NCBI GenBank assembly: GCA_965219325.1
Contig: OZ244723.1
Span: forward strand, 1,642,158-1,706,157
Source of the DNA: Dehalococcoidia bacterium
GTDB lineage: Bacteria; Chloroflexota; Dehalococcoidia; Lucifugimonadales; UBA2962
Direction of reading: 5' to 3'
Length of the DNA stretch: 64,000 nt
The position numbers and the translations under genes are program-made. Below, one piece after another: positions 1 to 10,050 of the stretch. Within the stretch, counting starts at the first letter, position 1, and the number at the start of each line of letters is the position of its first letter. The notes beneath the pieces were generated by a model. The model saw nothing but the letters and a program-made list of their open reading frames with translations, was not told the DNA's origin and did no database searches.

Positions 1-2790
1 GGCGTCCGGGCGCCAGGTGGCAAACACAGTTCCTCGGTCGTCCCTTCGCATCAGGCGGACCATCTCATCTACAAGAGAGAAGCCCGGTCTCACCAGGCGG
101 ATTTCCGGGTTCGCAATGGCGGTCCTTCGATTGTAGGTCAGAGGTCGCCCAAGTGCAGATTCAAACCTCTCTTTCCATCCTGGCCGCTCCGGAATGCGCG
201 TGCGCGGGGTCCATTGCAGCCGGTGAGAGTCTCCCGAGAGTTCCTTTCGTTCAAATCCAAGGGCTTCACAGAGCCAACCCTTTAGATCCACCTCAAATCT
301 GTGCTCTTGGCTCTCAGCGTCGCGCAGGCGCTCAAATGCATCCAGGCCTTCGCGGCTCTCAATGTCTAACTCCTCCAGTGCGTATCGTTGATCGAGACGG
401 TGACGCTCCGCCTCCAGAGCCGTTCTGATCCCGTCCGTCAACTGCACCAAGCCCGCCGCTCCCCTTCGGAAAAGCTCGAGACGAATGCGGTCCTGTAAGT
501 CGTCCAAGAGGAAATGGACATCAGATATCGACCTCGAGTAGATTCCGAACCCCTCCTCTAGTAACTCGTGCCAAGCCAGCCAATAACTACCTGGCTCGTG
601 GCTCGGCAACATGACGTATGTCGGTATTTCGGGCAGCTTTCGTCCCAATCGATCTAGCCTTCCGATACGCTGTTCGACCCTTTCGGGTGCCATAGGTAGA
701 TCCACGTGGAACAGGCCGTCCGCTGCCTGTAGGTTGAGGCCTTCCTCAGATGAGCGATCTGCAACCAAGATTGCTGGCCAACGACTTTCGACGAAACTCC
801 TTACCCTTTCCTCTATATCCGACTGGCGGAGTTCGGCCGTTACCGAAACTACAGTGGTTGGGCGAAGTACGTAGAGTGCCGATTCGAGTTCTTCGGCGAA
901 TTCGGTCGATGACGTAAAAGCCACAATTCGCGGGTGATCACCTTTGGCGCGCTGCGAGAGTTCGTATAGGGCTGTCCTCAGGATGTCGACGCAAAGCTGT
1001 AGCCGAGAGGCGCCTCCCTGACCACGCCGGCAAATTGACAACGACTCGCGGTGCCAGTCCAACTCCCCGACAAATGCTTCCTGGTCTCCCTTCCTTAGCG
1101 CAGACAAACGAGATTGCAGGGTGGCAGCGTAGGTTTCCAGCCCGCAGCCCATAGCTTCCACAAGATGCTGGAACATTATCGAAAGGGGGTGCTCGCTTTC
1201 GGACGTCGCCGTTTCCAAGGCGTCAGCACGCCATTGCTCCAGCCGGATCACCAAGTCACTGATCCTTGGGTCAGGATCGCATTGTGTTGCCGCAAGCGGA
1301 CATGAACGTTGGCTCCAACCGGCATCTGTCCTACGGGTACGCATGATGCGTCGATCAAGCCTGTACGTATCAGAAATGTGGAAACGCAAATCGCGAAGAG
1401 CCGCACGCTGCTCAACTCTGCCAAGATCTGGCGAGAGCAGTGCAGCGCTGAATCTGGTAATTGCGGGGTCGTCTGTCAAGAGCGCGGCAATCTGCTTGAC
1501 GGTAGATACCAGTAGTGGCATGGGGACTTCGGGATCTAGAGCGAGGGCTAGTTCCGCGTAGCGCTGCCGTCGATCGAGTCGCGACCGGAAGCCAACAGTG
1601 TCTTCGACCGGATACGAAACCGGGTCAATCAGATGTAGCAGGGCGAGTGTAGCGGCCTCGTCGCTGAGAACCGGAGTTGCGGTAAGGAGGAGTATTCTTT
1701 CGGCGCTGTGCGCGAGCTTAGCCAAACGGCGGTAATCTTCGGCAGCGGGTCCCTCCCGGGAAATAACGTGGTGTGCCTCATCGATCACAAGGAGATCGCA
1801 GTTCTGTCCGCGGCGACCGAGTTCAGCGATGCTGGGCAGATCACAAAGCTTGACCTGATCTCCATCAATTGCGACATCAAATTTCTCGCGCAGTTCTTGT
1901 TCCCACTGCCAGAGCAGAGATGTAGGTGCCACGACTGCAACACGCGAAGAAGGCATGTCCGTCAAGAATTGCCGAATCACGGCCCCCGCCTCGATGGTCT
2001 TACCTAGTCCGACTTCGTCCGCGAGGAGATACCGCTGAACCGAGTCCTCGCTAACGCGGCGCACTATGTGCACCTGGTGTGGCATCAGATCTACGCTGCC
2101 GGATACCAAACCGCTGGCGCTGGCTGCAGCGTTCAGTTGATTGAGGGTGCTCCCTAGGGCTCGGAGACGCCGATCGTAGAAGTACTGTGATTCGATTGCT
2201 CCCGCAGCCAGAGACTCGGTAGGGTCCCTGATTGGAGCAAAGCACCTGACTACAAGGTCGCGCTCCTGAACTAGAAAGCGCTCTCCTCCTTGCATTCGCA
2301 CCTCGTAGGCGACTCCATCCTCGCCTGCCGCAGAGTCATAATCGACGATCCTCCCGGTCGACCAACTTCCGCTTCCCTCATCGAACTGGTAGACGCGAGT
2401 GTGCCGGGACAGTATCGCTCGGTCTAACTGCGCCGGCTTGTACTCATGGGTCACCTGATCGGCCAGAGAGTGGACTATTCGGACGAGAGCTCGATCCTCG
2501 GTCAGTTCGATTAGCTTCCCCAGCACCGCACGATCGTAAGTCCATACGAAATTACCTTCCCGTAGAGACGGCCGGGCCCTGCCTAGAGACGCTCTTGAAG
2601 GCCTGGGTTTGGTCCCCTTTCCGCCTGCACGACCGACCCTGAGGGAGAAGCGTCGGGCTCCACGACATTTGGGAAATCGCGGGCACCCCCAAAACGTTGC
2701 TCCGGCCCTAGACCCTCGCTGTGTCACCTTGAGTTCCATAGCACTGCCACAGTTCGGACAGTCCGGAGTCTCAAATTGCTCATAGTTCAT
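1..2790 (-). CDS. SNF2/DEAH-family helicase with N-terminal topoisomerase-type C4 zinc ribbon (3' end runs off the window)
   Basis: My own minus-strand translation from the ATG at 2790 gives MNYEQFETPDCPNCGSAMELKV...FWGCPRFPKC (zinc ribbon). Helicase motifs follow: motif I DEVGLGKTIEAG, motif II LLVIDEAHH, motif III LLLTATP. The frame stays open to base 1. It is absent from the ORF track because there is no stop in the window. Confidence 0.8.
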   Translation of the reverse strand, partial: MNYEQFETPDCPNCGSAMELKVTQRGSRAGATFWGCPRFPKCRGARRFSLRVGRAGGKGTKPRPSRASLGRARPSLREGNFVWTYDRAVLGKLIELTEDRALVRIVHSLADQVTHEYKPAQLDRAILSRHTRVYQFDEGSGSWSTGRIVDYDSAAGEDGVAYEVRMQGGERFLVQERDLVVRCFAPIRDPTESLAAGAIESQYFYDRRLRALGSTLNQLNAAASASGLVSGSVDLMPHQVHIVRRVSEDSVQRYLLADEVGLGKTIEAGAVIRQFLTDMPSSRVAVVAPTSLLWQWEQELREKFDVAIDGDQVKLCDLPSIAELGRRGQNCDLLVIDEAHHVISREGPAAEDYRRLAKLAHSAERILLLTATPVLSDEAATLALLHLIDPVSYPVEDTVGFRSRLDRRQRYAELALALDPEVPMPLLVSTVKQIAALLTDDPAITRFSAALLSPDLGRVEQRAALRDLRFHISDTYRLDRRIMRTRRTDAGWSQRSCPLAATQCDPDPRISDLVIRLEQWRADALETATSESEHPLSIMFQHLVEAMGCGLETYAATLQSRLSALRKGDQEAFVGELDWHRESLSICRRGQGGASRLQLCVDILRTALYELSQRAKGDHPRIVAFTSSTEFAEELESALYVLRPTTVVSVTAELRQSDIEERVRSFVESRWPAILVADRSSEEGLNLQAADGLFHVDLPMAPERVEQRIGRLDRLGRKLPEIPTYVMLPSHEPGSYWLAWHELLEEGFGIYSRSISDVHFLLDDLQDRIRLELFRRGAAGLVQLTDGIRTALEAERHRLDQRYALEELDIESREGLDAFERLRDAESQEHRFEVDLKGWLCEALGFERKELSGDSHRLQWTPRTRIPERPGWKERFESALGRPLTYNRRTAIANPEIRLVRPGFSLVDEMVRLMRRDDRGTVFATWRPDA

Positions 2791-3048
2791 AACAAAGGTC
2801 TAGTTCAGCGACTTCCCTCAGGCGCGCAGATGATTCTAAGGCAATGCCCAGGCAGGCATGCGGCCGCGCCCTTGCCATTCGGCTTCGAAATCGGAGTCAA
2901 CCGACCGCCCAGCATCAGTGTCTTCGGCCAACCCCTTGCCAAGTTGCCCAAAGTATGAGATGAAGGGATTCGACTTGACATGCGTTTACGTTTCTCGGCC
3001 CAAGAGCGAGGGACGTAATCACCGCTTCTCGGGAAGGAGTTGAGAACA

Positions 3049-4161
3049 ATGGCAACGTACGTGCCCGCCATGCGCGCTCGTATCGGCGTAACCGAATACT
3101 TCGTCTCTGTAATGACGCTTGGAGAGGCCGCCAGGATGATCGAGTACGCGGAGGACGTCGACGGATGGACATCGGAGACTCCCCCCGAATTGAAGCTACA
3201 GCGGAAACTCAATACACAAAGGGTCGAGAAGGAAATGGTCCCGTATCTCGTATCGAACGACGATCACTTCTACTCTGCCCTGACGGTCGAAGTGAGAAAG
3301 GCGTTTCGGGACGGGGACAGTAGCCTCCATTTCGAGTCCAGTGCCAAGTTCCCGGGATCGATCGAATTCGGTCAGTTGACTTTTGACGGCACGGAAACGC
3401 TCTATGCGCTCGACGGCCAGCACCGGCTCAAATCCATAGAGTTCGCAATTAGGCAGCGTCCGGAACTCGCATGCGAGCACGTTGCCCTCATCCTGGTGCC
3501 ATTTGCCGATATCTCTAAGTCTCAGACACTGTTCAGCGATCTCAATCGCAACGCAAAGACGCCCTCTAAGTCCATTTCACTTCTCTTCGCGCACCGTGAC
3601 CCGCACGCTCGCATTGCCAAGCGTGTCTCGGAGGTCAATCCACTACTAAAGGGGCGCATGAACCTTGAGAGCACGAGCCTTTCAGCCAATGCCCGTCAGT
3701 TCATGACACTCTCGACTCTGTATGAGATGGTCCGAACCCTCTTGGGAGGTATCGACGGCGACATCACCGAGCAGGAAGAGGAGAGACTCTCCGACGAAGT
3801 GGCAGATGTGCTCGAGTGCTTGACAAATGCCATTCCCGCCTGGCGGATGATCCGTGATGACGAAGAGCATCCAGCGTATCTGAGGCAGCGCGTATTGGTC
3901 TGCCACGGAGTCGCTCAACGAGCCCTGGCCGAACTTGCCAAGCGAGCACAGGTGCAGGCTCCGTCGGAATGGCGACAACTCCTCATGCGTTTGTCCGATC
4001 GTACAAGTGAAGGGCAATATATGGTAGATTGGCGGCTCACGAACCCAATATGGCAGCATGTTGCTCTCCAGGGCGGCCGTGTCAACAACACGTCGACGTC
4101 CATTCAACTCCTCGCTGATGAACTCGGGCTTGCCATCGGTGTCGGCCACGGCAAAGGCTAG
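3049..4161 (+). CDS. dpdB: DGQHR-domain protein (DndB/DpdB-like, ParB-fold)
   Basis: ORF 3040..4161. GGAAGGAG lies upstream of the ATG at 3049. Motifs: LYALDGQHRLKSIEFAI and FSDLNRNAKTPSKS. It sits in a cluster with queE and a TGT-like gene. Confidence 0.7.
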   Translation: MATYVPAMRARIGVTEYFVSVMTLGEAARMIEYAEDVDGWTSETPPELKLQRKLNTQRVEKEMVPYLVSNDDHFYSALTVEVRKAFRDGDSSLHFESSAKFPGSIEFGQLTFDGTETLYALDGQHRLKSIEFAIRQRPELACEHVALILVPFADISKSQTLFSDLNRNAKTPSKSISLLFAHRDPHARIAKRVSEVNPLLKGRMNLESTSLSANARQFMTLSTLYEMVRTLLGGIDGDITEQEEERLSDEVADVLECLTNAIPAWRMIRDDEEHPAYLRQRVLVCHGVAQRALAELAKRAQVQAPSEWRQLLMRLSDRTSEGQYMVDWRLTNPIWQHVALQGGRVNNTSTSIQLLADELGLAIGVGHGKG

Positions 4162-4425
4162 CGAGAGAAGATGGCGGGTCTTTCGCATCCAATTTCTCTT
4201 CCCGGGCGCACGGCTAAACGAGAGCCCTCCCTCCTTACCCGGTCGCACATGTGCCTCTTACGATAGGCTGGGGCAACTGGCCAGCGGCGGAGTTACTGGG
4301 TGGATGCTTAGCCTGCCTGCACTATCGCAAGGAGATCGTGGTACGGCCCCGGCGCTTCCACGATACGACCGTCAAGCGCATATTCGAGTCGACAATCCCA
4401 AGGGAAGCTACGTAGTTCTCCTGGA

Positions 4426-5151
4426 ATGCGTCGCAGTATGCCCTCACTAAAGCTGTCTCGCCTCTCATCCGGCGAGCCGGAGATCTTCGCTTCCATTCAA
4501 GGGGAAGGCGTCTCGTTAGGGACGCCGAGCACGTTTGTCCGCCTATCTCTTTGCAACCTAGCTTGCGGATGGTGCGACACAAAATACACCTGGGACTGGA
4601 GCAATCATGACCCCGCGGTAGAGATTGCGAACGTTGAATGCTCGGAGGTCGCAGCCAGAGTGAGTGACTTAGGTATGACAAACGTGGTCATTACCGGTGG
4701 CGAGCCGCTAATGCAACAGGTACCGCTCTCGGAGTTGACGGCCGAACTCTTCCGGACGGGACACCGCATCGAAGTGGAGACAAACGGGACCTTGACTCCG
4801 AATGAGGCCGTGCAATCCCATGTCGCACAGTGGAACGTGTCTCCAAAACTTGCGAACTCAGAGAACTCAGAGGCGCGGAGGCTGGTCGATGGACCACTTA
4901 GTTGGTTCGCGGCCTCGGACGACGCGTGGTTCAAATTTGTTATCGAAGCTCCGTCGGATCTGCCCGAGGTTGAGTCACTCCAGACTCAGTATGGCGTACC
5001 GAGCGAACGAGTAATCCTGATGCCGCAGGGAATCTCAACTGGCGAACTTCGTGAGCGCTCAGCATGGCTCGCAGAACAGTGCACTAGGCGAGGCTACCGG
5101 TTTTCCACACGCATGCAAATCCTGATTTGGGGAGATGAGCGTGGTCGATGA
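4426..5151 (+). CDS. queE: 7-carboxy-7-deazaguanine synthase (radical SAM)
   Basis: EIFASIQGEGVSLGTPSTFVRLSLCNLACGWCDTKYTW matches the QueE N-terminal signature and cluster motif CxxxCxxC-like (CNLACGWCDT). Length is about 240 aa. An alternative start is the ATG at 4438. Confidence 0.85.
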   Translation: MRRSMPSLKLSRLSSGEPEIFASIQGEGVSLGTPSTFVRLSLCNLACGWCDTKYTWDWSNHDPAVEIANVECSEVAARVSDLGMTNVVITGGEPLMQQVPLSELTAELFRTGHRIEVETNGTLTPNEAVQSHVAQWNVSPKLANSENSEARRLVDGPLSWFAASDDAWFKFVIEAPSDLPEVESLQTQYGVPSERVILMPQGISTGELRERSAWLAEQCTRRGYRFSTRMQILIWGDERGR

Positions 5152-5273
5152 ATGGCGGTGGGGGCGATCCGGAACGTAGTTGCAACCTTGAAATTGGTCC
5201 AGCGCCTCCCCCATCCGAGCCTACATGGCCGCGTTGGGGTATGGGCCTAGCAGACTAAACGAGCCAAGAGCCT

Positions 5274-5897
5274 GTGAGACGCCGGCGAGTCCTTGTTGTC
5301 AGCGCTTGCTCGAAACGCAAGCTGACAGTCCATCCCGATAGGGCAAATGAGGATGCACCGCTGTCCGCCCGCGAACGTTACGCAGGCCGAGCGCACATCC
5401 GCATCAGAGGGGCCATCGACCGGTGGCGCCAAGACCAAGGCGGGCCACGGAACCCAGTGGAATGGTTAGTCGTATCGGCCAAATTCGGTCTGGTCGAGGA
5501 GGCTGCCCCTGTACCGTTCTACGATGCGACACTAGCAGGCTTAGGTCTTGGGGAGGCACGAAGTAGGGGCCGTGACCTAGGTTTGCCCGGAGGATTGCGG
5601 GCAAGGCTCCCAGAGTTCGACACCGCTATCTTCGTCTTGCCGCTTGTCTATCTCCACGCAGTTGGCGCCCCATTCGAACTTCCCGGCACGCAGGTATACT
5701 TCGCGTCCCCAAGCTTCGACACGAGTTCTAGAGGCCTGTCGGTTGTGCACTGCGGCAGAGAAGTTGCACGTGCGCTTAGAGTGTCGCCAAGAGAAGTTGC
5801 TTCTGCGCGATTTGAACTCTTCGTTGATGACGTGCTGATGCAGGGACTTCGTCCGACCTTGTGCAAATGGCTGCGCGTGGATAAGAAGAGAGTATGA
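5274..5897 (+). CDS. Small conserved-looking protein of unknown function (N-terminal VVSACSKRK motif)
   Basis: 207-aa ORF. Its stop overlaps the next start (ATGA at 5894-5897), which suggests translational coupling to the TGT-like gene. The N-terminal SxCSxxK...ERYxG pattern recalls DUF6884-type proteins (from memory, unverified). Confidence 0.5.
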   Translation: MRRRRVLVVSACSKRKLTVHPDRANEDAPLSARERYAGRAHIRIRGAIDRWRQDQGGPRNPVEWLVVSAKFGLVEEAAPVPFYDATLAGLGLGEARSRGRDLGLPGGLRARLPEFDTAIFVLPLVYLHAVGAPFELPGTQVYFASPSFDTSSRGLSVVHCGREVARALRVSPREVASARFELFVDDVLMQGLRPTLCKWLRVDKKRV

Positions 5898-7138
5898 AAT
5901 TCTTCCTTCCCGATTGGGATGATCGTGTCGACCCAGGATACGACTTCCTGACTGATCGGATGACGCTAGTACGCGACCCGTATGCGGACGATCTCTACGC
6001 CCATGAACTCTTCGAAGACCGCATATACGACGGGATCTTGGTTTCGCGCATGGCACTTTTCCGTTCGGGGCGAAAGCGCGATCGAGTCGAACGAGAGGGG
6101 ATGCGGGCCTACTTGCGCATGCCAAACGATCTGGAATTATTCGGCGACTGCGGGGCATTTGGCTATATAGACCAACGAGAGCCTGCCTTTTCCACGGAGG
6201 ATGTACTACAGCACTACGAGAGATTGGGCTTCGATTACGGCGTTTCCGTAGATCACATAGTTTTGCCTGAGTTCGCAGATCAGCGTTCCTACCGTTACAA
6301 CCTGACCCTCCGAAATGCTGAAGATTTCTTGCGTCTGCACCGAGCCGGAGATTTCCATTTCACACCGGTGGGCGCGGCCCAGGGCTGGGATGAGATTACC
6401 TATGTCGAAGCGGCAAGAGGCCTCATCGAGATGGGTTATTCCTACATAGCCATTGGAGGGCTCGCCAGAAGCGGCACCAGAGAGATCGCCCACACCCTTA
6501 GGTCAATCTCTGAAACAGTCGCTGGACGGGCAAGGGTGCATGTCTTCGGTGTAGCTCGAGCCTCCCTGTTACCTCTGCTACTTGAACTCGGCATCAATAG
6601 TGCGGACAGCGCTGCTCCCCTTCGACAGGCCTGGCTCGCGGCGAAGGACAACTATTACACGCCTGACGGCGCGTTTGCGGCCATACGGATACCGGTAGCC
6701 AAGGAGGGTCGTGCTCTTAATCATTCACTTGTTGGACGAAGCAAGGTCGCCTTCAAAAACTTGAAAGAAGCCGAGCAAGAAGCCTTGAATGCGGTTCGCG
6801 CCTTTGCCGCGCGGACAGTCGGGATAGGTGACACAATGAAGCGCATCAGAAGCTACGACTCAATGCTTGCAGCCAGACCCTACGAAAGCGATTCGCGGAA
6901 GCGATATAGGCTCTACAGTGACCTTCTTAAGCAACGGCCATGGGACCGCTGTCCCTGTCCGATTTGTAAGGAACTAGGGGTTGAGGTCGTGATTTTTCGA
7001 GGGAACAACCGAAACAGACGCCGTGGTTTCCACAACCTCTGGGTCCTGCGCCGTCGAATCGAGACGGCGCTTGGCATGGACGTACCGAAGTGGACCCGTA
7101 CGCGACGACCGGTCCAGGCTATGTTCAACTCATCCTAG
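5894..7138 (+). CDS. dpdA: tRNA-guanine-transglycosylase-like DNA transglycosylase (DpdA/TgtA5-like)
   Basis: 414 aa with TGT-like blocks (GDCGAFGY, GVSVDHIV, IAIGGLAR). C-terminal Zn site CPCPIC...x22...H (DRCPCPICKELG...GFHNLW). Adjacent to the DGQHR protein and queE. Confidence 0.8.
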   Translation: MKFFLPDWDDRVDPGYDFLTDRMTLVRDPYADDLYAHELFEDRIYDGILVSRMALFRSGRKRDRVEREGMRAYLRMPNDLELFGDCGAFGYIDQREPAFSTEDVLQHYERLGFDYGVSVDHIVLPEFADQRSYRYNLTLRNAEDFLRLHRAGDFHFTPVGAAQGWDEITYVEAARGLIEMGYSYIAIGGLARSGTREIAHTLRSISETVAGRARVHVFGVARASLLPLLLELGINSADSAAPLRQAWLAAKDNYYTPDGAFAAIRIPVAKEGRALNHSLVGRSKVAFKNLKEAEQEALNAVRAFAARTVGIGDTMKRIRSYDSMLAARPYESDSRKRYRLYSDLLKQRPWDRCPCPICKELGVEVVIFRGNNRNRRRGFHNLWVLRRRIETALGMDVPKWTRTRRPVQAMFNSS

Positions 7139-7326
7139 ACCGGGTGACAGTTCAGCAGAGCGGGATCCTTGTCGCAATTGATAACCTCTGCCGGATGGTG
7201 CCACCAGCAACGTTGCCCGAGGCAAGCGGTAAGACGGGTCGAAGAAACTGGCGAACCGCTACCACTACGTTAGCGGCGCTCGTTTCAAACTCTTCCCAGC
7301 GGAATAACAGTGATGCGAGGTTCTGA

Positions 7327-7872
7327 ATGGTAGATGAAGATCAGGTTCGTAGGAATCCTGAACGTTCTAAGTCTCCTCGGTTCCAAACGCCTTCTCATAA
7401 GGACCTATGGTGGCCATTATTGGTCGGCATAGGCTCAACTGTTATTGGTACTACAATTATTAGATCATTCGAGGACTTCACGGATCTGTTGACGTCTAGA
7501 ACACTCGAAGCAGGCATTGCCGTATTCGCATATACGTTCGTGGTGTTGGTGATCATGCTGATGATTCAAACCAATACGGGGAGAAATAGGAATGATGCCT
7601 TGTTAGCGCGAAACTTGCTAATGCACGAGGAACGAATGAGAAAAAAATATAGCCTGTCTATGTCGTGGGAACGCATGTCCAGAAGGGCTTACAACTTAGC
7701 GAATCACATTGAACCTACGAGCTACGATCGTCTTCTGGCAGCGAGAGACGATATGGACAGACTGCATGGACATGCGGACGAGGCTGGCTTATGGGAAGCA
7801 ATGCAAAGGGGTGAATCGTTCAACGCCGAGTGCTGGAGGTGTGGTGAGCCAAGGTTTAGAGAGAGAGGCTAA
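7327..7872 (+). CDS. Hypothetical membrane protein
   Basis: 181-aa ORF with two hydrophobic segments (WWPLLVGIGSTVIGTTII and GIAVFAYTFVVLVIMLMI). GC is lower than its surroundings. Confidence 0.4.
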   Translation: MVDEDQVRRNPERSKSPRFQTPSHKDLWWPLLVGIGSTVIGTTIIRSFEDFTDLLTSRTLEAGIAVFAYTFVVLVIMLMIQTNTGRNRNDALLARNLLMHEERMRKKYSLSMSWERMSRRAYNLANHIEPTSYDRLLAARDDMDRLHGHADEAGLWEAMQRGESFNAECWRCGEPRFRERG

Positions 7873-7958
7873 AGGGGAGCGCTCTTCGCTAGGTTGTGGT
7901 CGAAAAGAAAGGTCGAGTCTTGACGGTCCCAAGAGCCAGCCTCTCGCTGTGGTCCTAG

Positions 7959-8290
7959 TCAAGTTCCTTTGACCTCGACGACATCCGCCTCAATCTCGAC
8001 CGGCCTCCAGTCCTCCTCCACCGTCTCCGGCTCTTCCTCCTCACCGTTGACGATCCTGCGGGCCAGGGCCATCAACAGGTCGTCGCCCTCGTCCCCAAAG
8101 GCGGCGAGCCCGTCCTCCGGCAGTTCGCCCTCGACTGCGAGGGAGTTCTGCAGCTTCCTGGCCACCAGCTTCAGGGCGTGGGCCTGGAGGGTGTTCCGAT
8201 AGGACATGAAGGCAACCCTGACGGGTTTCGCTTGGCCGATGCGCCATGCCCGTGCGAGGCCCGTCTCACGGTGTGAGCCAACCAGCGTCA
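7959..8290 (-). pseudogene. 3'-end remnant of an SNF2-type helicase gene (copy A)
   Basis: Minus-strand reading gives HRETGLARAWRIGQAKPVRVAFMSYRNTLQAHALKLVARKLQ... (SNF2 motif VI RIGQ plus C-terminal tail). No upstream helicase core is present. It starts immediately after the stop of the EEP gene at 8308. Confidence 0.6.
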
Positions 8291-8307
8291 GTCTCTGTCT
8301 GGGGGCG

Positions 8308-9030
8308 CTATGGTTCGTCGCGTGCTGAGAGTTCGGCAGAGATTCCGAAATGGTCGGATAGCCTGAGATCGCCGTTCATGTTGCTGATCACGCCCAGGGA
8401 CTCCGCAGCAAGGTCATCGGTGAGGATTATGTGGTCGATGCTCCTTCGCCCCTGGTGGCCGAGCGTGGAGGTCGCCATCGTCATCCCATCCGGTATGGCC
8501 CTCCTCAGCGCCATGCGCAGGTCTACCGGCGCATGGCCTCGTTGCGAGATACGCTGGTTGAAGTCCCCCATGACGATGAGGCGGTCGGGGCGGGTACGTG
8601 AGAGCACGCTGGCAAAGCCTGCCAGGTAATCCCGATGGTCCTCCCACGTCTTCCGCCCGTCTTCGGAATCCCGGACCCGCGAGCCCGACCAGGGGATGCA
8701 GACCCCGATAACGGTGACCCGGCCTATCGACGTGTCCGTGACACCCGCAACGAACCTGCCCGGCGGCATCGACCGTTCTCCCACGTCGTCGACCCCCTCC
8801 CACGGCCGTTTGGACCAAAGCAGCACCTTCCTGCGGCCCTCCTTGATCGGGTACCCGTAGTCTTCCTGAGAACAGATCGTGTGCCCGTCTCTCGCAAACA
8901 ACCCCAAAACCGCCTCGGTGAGGCAGACGATCTCAGGATCATGCCGCTCTATGCGCCTGCGGATCTCGACCGATCTTGGCGAGCGGGACGTCGCCCACTC
9001 GACGTTCCAGTTGACAAGTCTCAGCGGCAT
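8308..9030 (-). CDS. Endonuclease/exonuclease/phosphatase (EEP) family protein, type 1, copy a
   Basis: 240 aa. EEP catalytic landmarks are present: NWNVEW, IVCLTEA, MGDFNQ and C-terminal LSDHFG. Confidence 0.8.
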   Translation of the reverse strand: MPLRLVNWNVEWATSRSPRSVEIRRRIERHDPEIVCLTEAVLGLFARDGHTICSQEDYGYPIKEGRRKVLLWSKRPWEGVDDVGERSMPPGRFVAGVTDTSIGRVTVIGVCIPWSGSRVRDSEDGRKTWEDHRDYLAGFASVLSRTRPDRLIVMGDFNQRISQRGHAPVDLRMALRRAIPDGMTMATSTLGHQGRRSIDHIILTDDLAAESLGVISNMNGDLRLSDHFGISAELSARDEP

Positions 9031-9119
9031 TGCACGTCGTTCCTACTCTCCCCCGGAATTGAGTTGACCGTCATCGATTTTCGTCTCCCCTCGCCGGATT
9101 GATCCGGCCTGCCCGATTC

Positions 9120-9698
9120 TCACTGTACCGTCAGGAACACGGGCTTTTTGCCGATGTACTCGAGAACGCCCCGGACCCAATCCACCGTCGCATCAGACGT
9201 TTCCGGGCCGGTCAGCACATCAACGCGTGGCGCCAGATGCGGTGGGTCGCCCCACCTGGTCACAACGACCCTGTCCGGCCGGCTGGTTGAGGTGGCCAGC
9301 TGGCTCAGACCAAAGGATGCCCCGGTGCTCGCAAGAACGGCCCGGGTCGGGCAGTGGCGGTCGAGCTCGGCCATCACCCTGCGCTTGAGCTCAAGATCAT
9401 CTGCCATCGCCTCCACGGCGAAGCCGACTTCGCCCATGGCGTCTGCGACAGCCGTGCCGGGTACCAGGTGCTGCCGGGCGTGCTCCGCTGTCCATCGATC
9501 CACAATTCCCTCTTCTACTTCGAGAATTCCGAGCGCACTGCGGACATCGTCGAGCGCCCTGCATAGATACTCGCGCGAGGACTCGACGAGCACGACTCTG
9601 AAGCCTCCGAGCGCGAGGGACAGCGCAATCCACTGACCTTCATCCCCCACGCCGACCACTGCGGCATCGCCCACTGGTTGTACGCCTCCGTTTGGCAT
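9120..9698 (-). CDS. 3-hydroxyacyl-CoA dehydrogenase N-terminal (NAD-binding) domain-like protein, copy a
   Basis: 192 aa with Rossmann motif GVGDEG, then FAVEAMADDLELKRRVMAELD...AVLASTGAS...RPDRVVVTRWGDPPH...IGKKPVFL. This is collinear with 3HCDH_N. There is no C-terminal 3HCDH_C domain. Confidence 0.7.
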   Translation of the reverse strand: MPNGGVQPVGDAAVVGVGDEGQWIALSLALGGFRVVLVESSREYLCRALDDVRSALGILEVEEGIVDRWTAEHARQHLVPGTAVADAMGEVGFAVEAMADDLELKRRVMAELDRHCPTRAVLASTGASFGLSQLATSTSRPDRVVVTRWGDPPHLAPRVDVLTGPETSDATVDWVRGVLEYIGKKPVFLTVQ

Positions 9699-9730
9699 CT
9701 ACGCTCCCCGCGAGCGTGGCCGCCGCGGCG

Positions 9731-9913
9731 TCATGAGACCTCGATTTCGATGCGACAGTGGTCGCTGGGCCCCCAGTGGTCCGGTCCGTTCAGGGCACGC
9801 ACAGGGTTGAGAACCGCTGGGGTTTCTGTCTTGAGGGTAGGGGTGCAACCTGTCAGGTCCGCACGCGCGTCAATTCCGTATCCTTGCGGCCCAGGGTCAA
9901 ACTCAGCGCCCAC
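9731..9913 (-). pseudogene. Remnant of EEP type 2 gene (only the last ~22 codons are homologous)
   Basis: The ORF tail VRALNGPDHWGPSDHCRIEIEVS matches the C-terminus of the 282-aa EEP at 46932..47780 (VRALNDPDHWGPSDHCRIVIEVS). The upstream part is unrelated. Confidence 0.5.
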
Positions 9914-10050
9914 TCGAACAGTGACGCCGTTGTCGGGCCGGGGCTTGCGGCTGCTGTCGCCAGGCTCTCAAACCAGGGGGTCGTGCACCTGGCCGAGCAG
10001 TTGGACTCCTCCGTGCACTCGTTTTGGTCCTGCTTAGAGGGGTGGTCGGA

